From: Rickettsia typhi
Lineage (GTDB): Bacteria > Pseudomonadota > Alphaproteobacteria > Rickettsiales > UBA1997
Direction of reading: 5' to 3'
Assembly (NCBI GenBank): GCA_945862535.1
Contig: CAMAYG010000006.1
Span: forward strand, 5,678-69,677
DNA: 64,000 bases
The position numbers were made by a program, and so were the translations under genes. The notes below the pieces were generated by a model, which was given only the letters and a program-made list of their open reading frames with translations, was not told the origin of the DNA and searched no databases. Positions 1-10,266 of this stretch are shown here, piece after piece. Every line of letters begins with the position of its first letter. Position 1 is the stretch's first letter.

Positions 1-58
1 CGAAGTTATGTTTAATGTTGCACTACAATCAAAGCAAGATATCAAAACAAGATGAAGT

Positions 59-565
59 TTAATTCCGTCCTAAATAACTATCAAACCAGATAGCATGACA
101 AGTGTAGCCTGTAGGATTTTTTACTAGATAGTCCTGATGATATTCTTCTGCCAAGTAGAATTCTCTGTAAAATTCTTCGAGTGGCTCTAATGTTGTGACT
201 ACAAGATCTTTCCATCTTTTTGAATTATTGACAATGGCAATAAAAGCCCGACCTTCCTCCCTCTCTTCTTCATTGCGGTAAAAGATAACAGAACGATAAG
301 AACTGCCACGATCGTTGCCTTGTTGGTTTAATGTTGTTGGATTATGAATTCGAAAGAAGAAATCGAGAATGTTTTTAAGCGAAGTTTTTTCTGTGTCATA
401 TGTAATTTCAACCGACTCTGCATAACCTTTGTGGTTTTCATAGGTTGGATTTGGTGTAGTTCCACCAGCATAGCCAACCCGTGTTAACATAACACCTTTT
501 TGCTTGCGAATTAGGTCCTGTAGCCCCCAAAAACATCCGCCACCTAATACAATTTTTTTAAGCAT
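59..565 (-). CDS. msrA: peptide-methionine (S)-S-oxide reductase MsrA
   Basis: GGGCFWG active-site motif, GYAGG, HNPT..NQQGND.G..YRS, AEEYHQDY. Confidence 0.96.
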   Translation of the reverse strand: MLKKIVLGGGCFWGLQDLIRKQKGVMLTRVGYAGGTTPNPTYENHKGYAESVEITYDTEKTSLKNILDFFFRIHNPTTLNQQGNDRGSSYRSVIFYRNEEEREEGRAFIAIVNNSKRWKDLVVTTLEPLEEFYREFYLAEEYHQDYLVKNPTGYTCHAIWFDSYLGRN

Positions 566-633
566 ATTTTCCTTGATTGAGATAGAGTTAAAACAAGATG
601 AAGTTTTGCTTCATTGCTACTTTGATTCACTAA

Positions 634-684
634 GAATAAACTTCAGGAATAAACTTCAGGAATAAACTTCAGGAATAAACTTCA
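634..684. repeat. 13-bp tandem repeat (gaataaacttcag, about 4 copies) spanning the msrB stop codon
   Basis: units start at 634, 647, 660 and 673. Confidence 0.9.
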
Positions 685-1018
685 TCGATATAGAATTAAC
701 ACAATGCCTAATATCTTTACTAGTAAAACCTTCGCCAAAAAAGATATGACCTAAATGCCCATCACATTTGGCACATGTTATCTCGGTGCGGAAACGATCG
801 GCATCTGGTGTCTTTTTTATCGCTCCAGCTATTTCATCGTCAAAACTTGGCCAGCCACAAGCAGATTCAAACTTGTGCCGTGAATCGTAGAGAGGTGCAT
901 CGCATTGTTTGCAAATATAGATACCAACCGCTTTGTTATTAACATATTTGCCAATAAACGGGGCTTCCGTTCCTTTTTCTAAGATAACTTTCTTTTCTTC
1001 TGTTGTTAAATTATTCAT
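656..1018 (-). CDS. msrB: peptide-methionine (R)-S-oxide reductase MsrB
   Basis: GTEAPF, CxxC pairs, CGWPSF, HLGHIF, RHCVNS. Confidence 0.96.
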   Translation of the reverse strand: MNNLTTEEKKVILEKGTEAPFIGKYVNNKAVGIYICKQCDAPLYDSRHKFESACGWPSFDDEIAGAIKKTPDADRFRTEITCAKCDGHLGHIFFGEGFTSKDIRHCVNSISMKFIPEVYS

Positions 1019-1114
1019 AAATATATTGATTTTATTAGGTTAATTAAGCTTTTTAGCACAATTCATTACAGATTTGGTTCGAGATTTGCAATTATCTAAA
1101 TCAAGTTCCGCAAA

Positions 1115-2788
1115 TTATGTCCCGCAAAATGTTTGGTAAATTCTCCCATTAGGTAATGGTGGCGAACGATATTTTGCCCCGCCCGCAGAATTATCACCAG
1201 AATAATTATCATAAGGGTTTTGCAGTTCGGCCAACAATTTTTGCATCACTGTAAAATCCGAAAATTCCACGGCGGCCGTAAGAGCTTCTTCAACAAGGTG
1301 ATTACGAGGGATAACGGCGGGGTTACAAGAATTCATCAAAGCTAGCGACAAATTTTTTGGCTCAGATTGACTTTGCAGTCTTTTTTGCCAATGTTGATGC
1401 CAATTAATAAAGGTCGGTTGGCGAAATAATGGTTCATCTGGCAATTTTTCCAAAGCAAGAGCTCGAAAAGTGTTGGTATAATCGGCATAGTGACGATGCA
1501 TCAATTCTAACAAGCTTTCAATTAAGGCAAGATCCTCGACTTCTTCGTTAAATAATCCTATTTTTGCCCGCATTCCAGCAAGCCAGTGATGGTGGAAAGT
1601 GGTGTCGAAGGTTTTTATTGCCTCCTGTGCCATTATTAATGCTCGCTCTTGATCTTTATTTAATAGCGGAAGTAAGGTTTCGGCAAATCTTGCGATATTC
1701 CACTTAGAGATGTTAGCCTGTTTGTCATAGGCATAACGACCGTTGTAGTCAATCGAGCTAAATACGGTGGCAGGATTGTAAGTATCGATAAAAGCACAAG
1801 GGCCGTAGTCGATTGTTTCACCTGAAAGTGCCATATTGTCTGTATTCATTACCCCATGAACGAAACCAACCATTAGCCACTTTGCTACCAATGATGCTTG
1901 CCTTTCCATAACTGCATAAAGCAAGGCTAGATAAGGGTTATCTGCCTGAATAAGGTTGGGATAGTGACGGTTAATGGTATAATCAGCAAGTATTTTTATA
2001 GCTTCGAAACCGCCTTCAAAACCTCTTTTAAGGCCACTTTCAAAACCTCTTTTAAGGCCACCTTCAAAACCTGTTTTAAGGCCACTTTTAAAGCTATTAA
2101 AGCTATGTTGTGCCATAATATATTCAATGGTGCCAACACGAATATGGCTAGTGGCTACACGGGTAAGAATCGCACCCTGCAACACCATTCCTCGGAACAC
2201 TGGCTCGCCAGTAGTTACCACAGCCAAACTGCGGGTAGTGGCGATGTTTAGAGCATGCAGTGCCTCGCTTATGATATATTCACGAAGCATAGGGCCCAAA
2301 GTCGCCCGACCGTCACCCCTTCGTGAAAACGGTGTTTGACCAGAGCCTTTTAGCTGAATGTCGAAACGATCTCCTTTTGGCGTTATGTGCTCGCCCAGCA
2401 GTATCGCCCGACCATCGCCAAGCATATTGAAGTGACCGAATTGATGTCCGGCATAAGCCTGAGCAATTGGCTCGGCTCCTTTAGGAATTGCATTACCAGC
2501 AAGAAAGGCTACTCCGCTATCGCTCGATAAAGCCTCGGCATTTAATCCTAAAGATGTCGCAAGTGCATTGTTAAAAACTGCAATAGACGGCGAGCTTACG
2601 AGTGTAGGGTTAAGCCGAGCATAAAACAACTCTGGTAGTCGTGAATAACTATTGTCAAAATGCCATCCAGCATCGCCCACCTTATTTATAGCTTGGCCAT
2701 TGATGCCTTGATTATTGATGTCTTGTTTATTGACGGTTTGCGATTTCGCGATATCTAACATATTTTGTTTGCTTGATTCTTGATTCAT
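1115..2788 (-). CDS. selO: SelO/YdiU (UPF0061) protein adenylyltransferase
   Basis: [51 protein letters not shown]-terminal FCGT; exact start uncertain. Confidence 0.93.
   Translation of the reverse strand: MNQESSKQNMLDIAKSQTVNKQDINNQGINGQAINKVGDAGWHFDNSYSRLPELFYARLNPTLVSSPSIAVFNNALATSLGLNAEALSSDSGVAFLAGNAIPKGAEPIAQAYAGHQFGHFNMLGDGRAILLGEHITPKGDRFDIQLKGSGQTPFSRRGDGRATLGPMLREYIISEALHALNIATTRSLAVVTTGEPVFRGMVLQGAILTRVATSHIRVGTIEYIMAQHSFNSFKSGLKTGFEGGLKRGFESGLKRGFEGGFEAIKILADYTINRHYPNLIQADNPYLALLYAVMERQASLVAKWLMVGFVHGVMNTDNMALSGETIDYGPCAFIDTYNPATVFSSIDYNGRYAYDKQANISKWNIARFAETLLPLLNKDQERALIMAQEAIKTFDTTFHHHWLAGMRAKIGLFNEEVEDLALIESLLELMHRHYADYTNTFRALALEKLPDEPLFRQPTFINWHQHWQKRLQSQSEPKNLSLALMNSCNPAVIPRNHLVEEALTAAVEFSDFTVMQKLLAELQNPYDNYSGDNSAGGAKYRSPPLPNGRIYQTFCGT
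2003..2095. repeat. in-frame 24-bp tandem repeat inside selO (FESGLKRG-like units)
   Basis: ttcaaaacctcttttaaggccac(t/c) repeated about 3.5 times. Confidence 0.85.
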
Positions 2789-2802
2789 TGGGATTGTGCT
2801 CG

Positions 2803-3147
2803 CTAAATATCATGATGATTTTTAGCGATATTTTCAATTTTTGCGGCCAAATAGAAATCGTTTTCAGACAAGCCATTTATGTTATGAGTCCAGATTTCTA
2901 CTACACATTTACCCCAGCTAATATAAAGATTTGGGTGATGCTTCTCTTTTTCTGCAATTAAAGTAATGCTATTGGCAAAAGCCATTGATTCGACAAAATC
3001 CTTAAAAATAAAAGTCTTTTCAAGATGCCCATCCGCATTAAACTCCCATTTATTCCCCAAATATTCTAACAACTCCTTTGCACGATTAGTCTCTAGAGCA
3101 CGATTCTTATTACTACAAGGTGTGCAACTTTTTTCTACAAGATTCAT
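2803..3147 (-). CDS. phhB: pterin-4-alpha-carbinolamine dehydratase
   Basis: N-terminal [28 protein letters not shown]. Confidence 0.9.
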   Translation of the reverse strand: MNLVEKSCTPCSNKNRALETNRAKELLEYLGNKWEFNADGHLEKTFIFKDFVESMAFANSITLIAEKEKHHPNLYISWGKCVVEIWTHNINGLSENDFYLAAKIENIAKNHHDI

Positions 3148-3440
3148 AAATACCTCAAAAATTATTACTTGCTATTAAATGTAACTGCGAGTTACATATT
3201 ATCAACACTTATTACATCTTTCCTAAACCGAAGTTGCATGGTCTATGATCGCAACAACCGCCACCATCGCATTCACCGCAAATGGTTAAAACAATCTTTT
3301 ACTCTTATGATTAATATTTATTATTAGCACAGCAAAAATAATATAAAACTTGTTGTATTTTAAATTTAACTAATCAGGATTAGATGTATATTATTTAATA
3401 TAATTCTAATACATTAACAAAATAAATAAACATATAAACA

Positions 3441-4646
3441 ATGTTATACATTCAAGAAAATATAATCTATTGTGACAGTAAAGATATTTTTAAAAATATT
3501 GAAAATATAAAATTTGATATGGCGTTATTTTTTGTTCCTGTAACAGAGAGTAATAAAACACAATTGATTAAAAATATTAATGATTTTAAAGAAGAACTTG
3601 AGGATACTAACTTTAGCCCAATAGACAAAAAAGAATTTATTAAAACCCTAGAAGAAGTTGCTAATAATCAGCCTTCTGAAGCTAAAAAAGACAATGGATT
3701 ACTTAATAAAGATTTATCGAAAGAAGATCTAAAGAAAATTCACACTAACTTTCAAGAAAGTAAAAATAAAGCCATTATTAGCGGTATTATAAAACTTCTT
3801 TACCCGGGTCTTTCTTCAGCTGAAACTTATACTGTCCCAAGTTATCAGCCTAAATATAATGGTGACGATAGTAATATTAAGCCAAGCCTAACTCATATTT
3901 ACCACAACCTAACTTCTTACCTTCTAAGAAAAGGAATAATTACTGAATCTATAGAACAAGCAACATTAGACCAAATCCTCCCTAGATTTAACTTAACACA
4001 AAACACTGATAACAATACAACCGAAAATTATCTAGATATTGTCACTGCAAATTTTGGTAAGGAAGGCGGGAGTTACGAAGATAGCAAAGAAACTACCTTA
4101 GAAAATGCTCTTAGTTGTTATTTAATGGCATATGAAATGCATAAAAATAAAGATTTTTTATCAAAAGGTACTGCAACATGCTTAGAGCAATCTTTAAGGG
4201 TTGCAAAGTTAATGTCTGAAAAATCACCTAATGATAACAAAGTAACCAGCAACAATGTTTCTGATGCAATAGATCTTACAAAATCCTCTATGGCTTGTAA
4301 ACCTAAGACTTGTGTTTCAAATGTCAAAGCCAGCACAATATTTCCCAATTTAAAACCTAGTCATATTAATAAGTTTACCCCGATTTTAAATGGCGCACCT
4401 AATACCACGGCTTTAAATGGCGCACCTAAGCCTAGTAATATTAACACTAATAATACCACGGCTTTAAATGGCGCACCTAAGCCTAGTAATATTAACATTA
4501 AACCTTCTTTTCAACTATATCCAAAAAATCAATACAGCACAAAAAAAAACGTACCAAACGAACTAAAAGAAGAAACTGATTTTTCCAAAGAAACTAATTT
4601 TTACTCTTTACTTAAAGTAATATCAAAAGATAGCAAGATAAGGTAA
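3441..4646 (+). CDS. hypothetical protein with C-terminal low-complexity repeats
   Basis: 401-aa ORF in very AT-rich DNA; LNGAP(KPSNIN) repeats; no family recognised. Confidence 0.7.
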   Translation: MLYIQENIIYCDSKDIFKNIENIKFDMALFFVPVTESNKTQLIKNINDFKEELEDTNFSPIDKKEFIKTLEEVANNQPSEAKKDNGLLNKDLSKEDLKKIHTNFQESKNKAIISGIIKLLYPGLSSAETYTVPSYQPKYNGDDSNIKPSLTHIYHNLTSYLLRKGIITESIEQATLDQILPRFNLTQNTDNNTTENYLDIVTANFGKEGGSYEDSKETTLENALSCYLMAYEMHKNKDFLSKGTATCLEQSLRVAKLMSEKSPNDNKVTSNNVSDAIDLTKSSMACKPKTCVSNVKASTIFPNLKPSHINKFTPILNGAPNTTALNGAPKPSNINTNNTTALNGAPKPSNINIKPSFQLYPKNQYSTKKNVPNELKEETDFSKETNFYSLLKVISKDSKIR

Positions 4647-4724
4647 ATTCTGTATTTAAGGAAAAACTTAATAATCCCATCCCTAAATGGTAGAATAGCC
4701 AATGAAATAGCTATTTAGGGTAAC

Positions 4725-4888
4725 ATCACCTCCGCACAAGCGAAGCGAAGTCACGAAATTCCATGGTTCCCTCCGTCGTCATCCTGCACGAAGTCGCGAA
4801 GATCCATAGATTAACGATACATTTTAGCGAAGTGCCGTTTAGTGTTGATTTTATTGCTAAAGATCTTCGCAAACTTCGTCTTAATGAC
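4725..4888. repeat. family A palindromic REP/MITE-like element (GTCATCCTGC..GAAGTCGC..GATCC end plus atacattttagcgaagtg core)
   Basis: matches copies at 6641-6750, 33901-34011 and 50213-50337. Confidence 0.8.
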
Positions 4889-4973
4889 AGCAGTTCATAT
4901 TGCAAAAAACTACCGTTAAGGCAACTAGCAAAAAGCAGAAAATTTTTATCATTTTCATCTTTATCATTTTCAT
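4881..4973 (-). pseudogene. truncated 5' duplicate of the 9668..10138 exported protein gene
   Basis: translates MKMIKMKMIKIFCFLLVALTVVFCNMNCCH*, nearly identical to the N-terminus of 9668..10138; upstream DNA is also similar. Confidence 0.75.
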
Positions 4974-5036
4974 TAAAACCAAATTAGATAGAATAAAAAT
5001 CGAACTGTCTTCGGTTGGCGACAGTCTGCGAATAGG

Positions 5037-6074
5037 TTAGTCGTGTTGTTTTTCGTTTAATTTCTTTATTTCACGGTCAAAATCGCTTTCAAAATTTTTA
5101 TCTTGAATGGCATCGAATTTGACAAATTCACTTTCCGCAAAACTTTTAGCAATTTCAGCGGAAACCTTGCCAGCATTGGTTAAAATTTCTTGTTCATTAA
5201 ATTGCAAAAAGGCATCGAGCTTTATTTTCCAATCTTTCATCGTCATTGCCCGATGTTTTTTTGCCTGATTTTCTGCATAATCCAAATACATCGAAACTAT
5301 GCGATTCAAGCCATCAAGCTCATCTTTATTTAAAAAATTTTTAGCAATTGCCACATCATTTTTTCTAATTTTGCCCAAAGGAGAATTTTGCCAATTAGTC
5401 AAGCCCATATTTGGTTTAGCACTACTTGCTCTAGAATAAATTATTTCCGATGCAGTTTTGCCAGTAATTGCAAAATGTAATTTGTTTTGCACGGTAGCAA
5501 AGAAGCTCTTCGTTTCTAGGTTCTGCGGGTCGTAATCGACACTGCACTGCGAATAAATATCGGTAATTTTTTGGTAAAATCTCCGTTCCGAACTTCTAAT
5601 ATCGCGGATCCGAGCAAGTTGTTCATCGAAATAATCTTTACCAAAAATTTTTCTTGGATCTTTCAATCTTTCATCATCCATCGTAAAACCTTTGATAATA
5701 TATTCCTTCAACCTATCAGTCGCCCAAATACGGAAATAGGTCGCTTGCTTTGAATTAACACGATATCCCACCGAAATAATGGCATCGAGATTGTAGAATT
5801 TGGTTTGATAATTTTTGCCGTCAAAAGCAGTATGTGCAAATTTTGCACATACTGAATCTTCATTTAATTCCCCACTTTCAAAAATATTTTTTAAATGCTT
5901 GGTAATTACCGAGCGATCTACTCCAAAAAGCATGGCGATTTTTTCTTGAGTGAGCCAAATATTTTCGTTTTTCAAAAATATTTCAACCTTCACCGCACCG
6001 CTTGGGGCTTTGTATAACAAGAATTCGGTGAAAGAATTTTCTAAAGATTTTGGTTTAATTTTGTTGCTGGTCAT
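5037..6074 (-). CDS. RhuM family (virulence RhuM-like) protein
   Basis: IWLTQ, YNLDAIISVGYRVNS, FRIWAT, KGFTMDDERLK, RIRDIRSSERRFYQK. Confidence 0.9.
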   Translation of the reverse strand: MTSNKIKPKSLENSFTEFLLYKAPSGAVKVEIFLKNENIWLTQEKIAMLFGVDRSVITKHLKNIFESGELNEDSVCAKFAHTAFDGKNYQTKFYNLDAIISVGYRVNSKQATYFRIWATDRLKEYIIKGFTMDDERLKDPRKIFGKDYFDEQLARIRDIRSSERRFYQKITDIYSQCSVDYDPQNLETKSFFATVQNKLHFAITGKTASEIIYSRASSAKPNMGLTNWQNSPLGKIRKNDVAIAKNFLNKDELDGLNRIVSMYLDYAENQAKKHRAMTMKDWKIKLDAFLQFNEQEILTNAGKVSAEIAKSFAESEFVKFDAIQDKNFESDFDREIKKLNEKQHD

Positions 6075-6286
6075 GGTTTTAATTTTTTATTGGTGTTGTT
6101 TTATTATTGCAATTTCTGTGAATTAGCGATTGATAATTTGAATTAGGTAATTTAACCCTTTATTCTTTTTCGTCAAATATTATTTTAAGAATAAAATCAT
6201 GGAAAGTTACGAAAATCTTTGTGCGAGGTAATAAAATCTAGGGTTCTTACTTATTATATAAATTAATGAGTGCATTCTATCCCACC

Positions 6287-6750
6287 GTTATCCTTTTGCG
6301 GAAAATCCCCACTTTGTCATCCTTTCGCGAAGTAGTAAAGATCCATGGTTCCCTCCGTCGTCATCCTTTCGCGAAGTCGCAGGATCCACCTCCGCTGTCA
6401 TCCTGCGCGAAGCTTGCGAAGATCCACGGTTTCCCTCCGTCGTCATCCTGCACGAAGTCGCGAAGATCCACCTCCGCTGTCATCCTGCGCGAAGCTTGCG
6501 AAGATCCACGGTTTCCCTCCGCTGTCATCCTGCGCGAAGTCGCAGGATCCACCTCCGCTGTCATCCTGCGCGAAGTCGCAGGATCCACCTCCGCTGTCAT
6601 TCTTGCACGAAGCTTGCGAAAGTCCATAGTTCCCTCCGCTGTCATCCTGCGCGAAGTCGCAGGATCCAGAGATTAATGATACATTTTAGCGAAGTGCTGT
6701 TTAGTGTTGATTATATTGCTATAGATCTTCGCAAACTTCGCCTTTATGAT
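6287..6750. repeat. tandem array of about 9-10 family A palindromic repeats (GTCATCCTGCGCGAAGTCGCAGGATCC), BIME-like
   Basis: units near 6316, 6360, 6397, 6442, 6479, 6524, 6560, 6596 and 6641, with recurrent linkers acctccgct and acggtttccctccg. Confidence 0.9.
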
Positions 6751-7038
6751 AACAGTTCATATTGAAAAAAACCACAATCAAAATTTATAAAAGACTTAAA
6801 AAAACTTTGACAAATTAAGCTGTAAAAATAAGATTTTTTGAACTTAGTTTTTAATTCAATTATATAAAATATGAAAAAATATTTATTTTCCAATAAAAAT
6901 AATGATGGTAGTGATATTCATTTTTATTTTAGGCAAATTAGTTCGAAAGAAATGAATGAAAGCATCCAAATTAAAGGAAGAAGCAGACAAACTCGCCAGA
7001 GAAGCCTTAAAATTCAACAAAAATAAAGTAATTAATTA

Positions 7039-8190
7039 ATGAAAAAATCTAAAATACCCTATATATTTTTTGCATTTTTCGCGATAATTATCGCCTTTGG
7101 CATTAAATTTAAGTATAATAAATCATATAATAATCTAAAAACAGAGTCTTTACGGCAAGCTAGCGACCTAAATGATAAAGCAGAAGATCTCTATTACAAT
7201 CAAGCAAAATATCAAGAATCACTAGAACTACACCTAAAGGCCCTTAATATACAACAAGAACAAGCCCCAAACAGCCTTGATGAAGCAAGATCTTATCGTG
7301 GTATTGGTGCTGCCTATAATGATCTAAAAGAATATAAGCAGGCAATTAATTATTTTGAAAAAGAAATAAAAATCCGAGTAGATAAAGCCCCAAACAGCCT
7401 TGATCTTGCGAGTTCTTATAATAATATTGGTCTTGCCTATAATGGTCTAAAAGAATATAAGCAGGCAATCAATTATTTTGAAAAAGCAGTAACAATCAAA
7501 GAAAAGCAAGCCCCAAACAGCCTTGATCTTGCGAGTTCTTATAATGATATTGTTATTGCCTATTATGATCTAAAAGAATATAAGCAGGCAATTAATTATT
7601 ATGAAAAAGTAATAAAAATCAAAGAAGATAAAGCCCCAAACAGCCTTGATCTTGCGAGTTCTTATAGTAATATTGGTCTTGCCTATAATGGTCTAAAAGA
7701 ATATAAGCAGGCAATTAATTATTTTGAAAAAGCAATAAAAATCCAAGTAGATAAAGCCCCAAACAGCTCTAATCTTGCGGATAATTATTATAATATTGGT
7801 ATTGCCTATAATGGTCTAAAAGAATATGATAAGGGATTTAATAATTATGCAAAATCACTGGGATATGATGGCGGAATAAGCGACGGCATAATATCTATGG
7901 TAGGAAAAATAACCTCTGGTAAATCTAATCTTCAAAGTGCAGCGAAACTCTTAATAAGAAAAACCTCAAACGATAATTTTAAGGTTGGTAATATAATTGA
8001 TAAATATGTTATTTTTCAAACATTTAGGAATTATGATTTGGTCCAGATAGCTGTAGTAAAGGAACCCAACGAGATTTATATCGATCAATCAATTTTGAAG
8101 GGTAAATATTTTGCCATCATTGGAAGAGAGCAATTTACAAAAGTATTTGGTGGAAATTCAGAGATATTGGTTTTAAAGAAAATTGAATAA
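7039..8190 (+). CDS. membrane-anchored or secreted TPR protein with 42-aa repeats
   Basis: N-terminal hydrophobic segment; about 5 near-identical APNSLDLASSYNNIGLAY..LKEYKQAINYFEKA repeats (126-bp period). Confidence 0.88.
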   Translation: MKKSKIPYIFFAFFAIIIAFGIKFKYNKSYNNLKTESLRQASDLNDKAEDLYYNQAKYQESLELHLKALNIQQEQAPNSLDEARSYRGIGAAYNDLKEYKQAINYFEKEIKIRVDKAPNSLDLASSYNNIGLAYNGLKEYKQAINYFEKAVTIKEKQAPNSLDLASSYNDIVIAYYDLKEYKQAINYYEKVIKIKEDKAPNSLDLASSYSNIGLAYNGLKEYKQAINYFEKAIKIQVDKAPNSSNLADNYYNIGIAYNGLKEYDKGFNNYAKSLGYDGGISDGIISMVGKITSGKSNLQSAAKLLIRKTSNDNFKVGNIIDKYVIFQTFRNYDLVQIAVVKEPNEIYIDQSILKGKYFAIIGREQFTKVFGGNSEILVLKKIE

Positions 8191-8419
8191 AATATCGGGC
8201 GAACAATATCAATTATTAACAAAACTCTTAAATACAAAAAAGAAATTTAACGGCAGTTAAATAATGAATTACATAATCTCTTTAGTTGCAATATTGATTA
8301 TATCAATATTACTTGTAAATTCAAGCCATGCTAGGAGCGGTTGCTGTTCTCATTATATTTAGTGAAGCTCCCTTTATTATTGGGGGTAGGCCATTGTTGC
8401 CTAATGAAGGCAAATCAAG

Positions 8420-8869
8420 CTACATCCAATATTCGGCATATTCTTCAAATGGCCATTTTATGCCATCTTTGCTCACGAAATCATATTCGTCAAATTTATC
8501 AATTGAATATCCAATTTTTTCGTATCGATCTTCTTGCAATGATAATCGCCAAATTTTGATTTGTTCTGGTTTACCTTTTGGAGCAATGGCAATATATAAA
8601 AGAGATTCCGAAAAATATTCTTTTTCAATATGCAGAACTAGAAATTTTTCTTTTATCATTGCAAATTGGCGATTATCAAATTCTCTAGCACCAACTGTAG
8701 CACCAGAACGACAGTTAATCTTACTGTAAAAATCAAAAATTTCTCGTAAAACTTTGCTCATTTTATGGTGACGATTTGCTTCAAATTTATTCTTGTAAAA
8801 AAACTTAACATCGCAGGAAGTTATTGTTAATATAAGCAAGAAATGGTAAAAAAATTTTATTATTTTCAT
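8420..8869 (-). CDS. putative lipoprotein, candidate immunity protein
   Basis: signal peptide with lipobox-like LTITSC; paralog of 9668..10138; start overlaps the stop of the upstream gene (ATGA). Confidence 0.75.
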   Translation of the reverse strand: MKIIKFFYHFLLILTITSCDVKFFYKNKFEANRHHKMSKVLREIFDFYSKINCRSGATVGAREFDNRQFAMIKEKFLVLHIEKEYFSESLLYIAIAPKGKPEQIKIWRLSLQEDRYEKIGYSIDKFDEYDFVSKDGIKWPFEEYAEYWM

Positions 8870-9615
8870 GAAAATTTATTATTGGTGATTAAAACTCGAT
8901 TATTTTCGATTGTTACCCATCGCCCTTCTTTTTTTAAACTGCTTTCCTTTAAATTTTTATCTTTCAATGTTTTATTTGCTTGAGATTTTTCTGCAAATTC
9001 TCCTTTATATTCTAAAACTTTTTCAACATAATTTAACACTTCCTCAACCTGTTTTTCTTTTGCACCAGCAACAATTAAAAATTCTGCAACCTCTACCCAT
9101 TTACTTGGACTTTTCCCCGATGATTTTGCTAAAGCTTGAGCCTTTGCGATACGACCCTGCCCGATATTGTAAGCTGCAATTACAAAAATTTCCCTTGTAA
9201 CTTTATTGGCTATTGGGATTGTAAAAATTTCACTACCTAAATTGGTTTTTTTGCGAAAATAATTGTCGAGTGATTTTAATTGCTGTGCCGCACTAATTGA
9301 AGATTCGTCGATATCAAATCTTTGATCGTTTGTTGCTTTAGTAATCAATCCTCTTTCAGTTGCAGCCTCTTTCTTTTGCTGAAAATGCCCCGCTGGACCA
9401 CTTAAACCTTTATAAGACTTTTGTAAATATTCCAAACTACCAAAACTAGATTCTTTTCCATATATTGCCTCTAGGCTATTAACAGTCAAATTATCATTAT
9501 CATCGAAAACTTTTGAGGCTTTTTCTAAAGCCTTAACTTGTGTAGAAGTTCTTCTTTTAATCCATTGATCGACATTTGATTTATTGTCTAATTGATTATT
9601 ATCTGTTTTTGTCAT
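8866..9615 (-). CDS. lysozyme-like / SLT-family peptidoglycan glycosidase
   Basis: catalytic ESSFG, GPAGHFQ, AAYNIGQG, YVEKV motifs; no signal peptide. Confidence 0.75.
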   Translation of the reverse strand: MTKTDNNQLDNKSNVDQWIKRRTSTQVKALEKASKVFDDNDNLTVNSLEAIYGKESSFGSLEYLQKSYKGLSGPAGHFQQKKEAATERGLITKATNDQRFDIDESSISAAQQLKSLDNYFRKKTNLGSEIFTIPIANKVTREIFVIAAYNIGQGRIAKAQALAKSSGKSPSKWVEVAEFLIVAGAKEKQVEEVLNYVEKVLEYKGEFAEKSQANKTLKDKNLKESSLKKEGRWVTIENNRVLITNNKFS

Positions 9616-9667
9616 TGCGGTTTCTAAATTAATTAAATTAATAGATTAGCCAATTTTCTACAAAAAT

Positions 9668-10138
9668 TTACCAAATCCAATATTTATTATATTTTTCAAA
9701 TAGCGATTTTTTGCTTTTATCACTAAGAAGATTATGTTCTTTAAATTCTAAAATCCCATATTCACCTGCCTTATTTAAACCTTTTTGTAATATGAATCGC
9801 CAGATCTTCATTTGTTCTTGACTATCTCTTGGGGTAATAGCGATATCAACAACATATTCATAAAAATCGTTTTTTTCGATAGATAAAACTAGAATTTTCT
9901 GTCCGGTCATCGAATATTGTCGATGGTTAAAGAGTTTTGTAATTGCTGGATTGGTAGATAGGTGGCACGGTGTAGCGAAATAATCATCAAGTATTTTCCG
10001 TAAGATTCCGCTAATTTCATGATGGTAATTTTTTGCAATTTCGTCTTGATGAGGACAGTTCATATTGCAAAAAACTACCGTTAAGGCAGTTAGTAAAAAG
10101 CAGAAAATTTTTATCATTTTCATCTTTATCATTTTCAT
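9668..10138 (-). CDS. putative exported protein, paralog of 8420..8869
   Basis: signal peptide; shared HH..S..LR.I, RQ(Y/F).M, LVL.IEK, EQ.KIWR and FE.Y..YW motifs. Confidence 0.75.
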   Translation of the reverse strand: MKMIKMKMIKIFCFLLTALTVVFCNMNCPHQDEIAKNYHHEISGILRKILDDYFATPCHLSTNPAITKLFNHRQYSMTGQKILVLSIEKNDFYEYVVDIAITPRDSQEQMKIWRFILQKGLNKAGEYGILEFKEHNLLSDKSKKSLFEKYNKYWIW

Positions 10139-10266
10139 TAAATTATTATTTTAATTAAAACCAAATTAGAAAGAACGAATCGAACTCTCTTTTTTTGGCA
10201 ACAGACTGTTTTAACCCCCAAATTCTATTGGCAACAAGGGGTTTTAACCACTTGTCTCGTCCAAGC

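Noticed and set aside
6287-6670. CRISPR array
   Set aside because: Linkers are only about 9-17 bp and recur rather than being unique, the repeats vary, the same unit is dispersed elsewhere in both orientations, and there are no cas genes.
6266-6765. Overlapping ORFs 6266..6676, 6345..6629, 6361..6645 and 6496..6765 (also 4763..4987, 33908..34231, 49946..50388)
   Set aside because: Open frames produced by GC-rich palindromic repeats; no protein-like features.
6871-7040. Small ORF or decayed paralog of the TPR gene N-terminus
   Set aside because: Only weak similarity (KASKLKEEADKL versus QASDLNDKAEDL) across a stop codon; too little to support.
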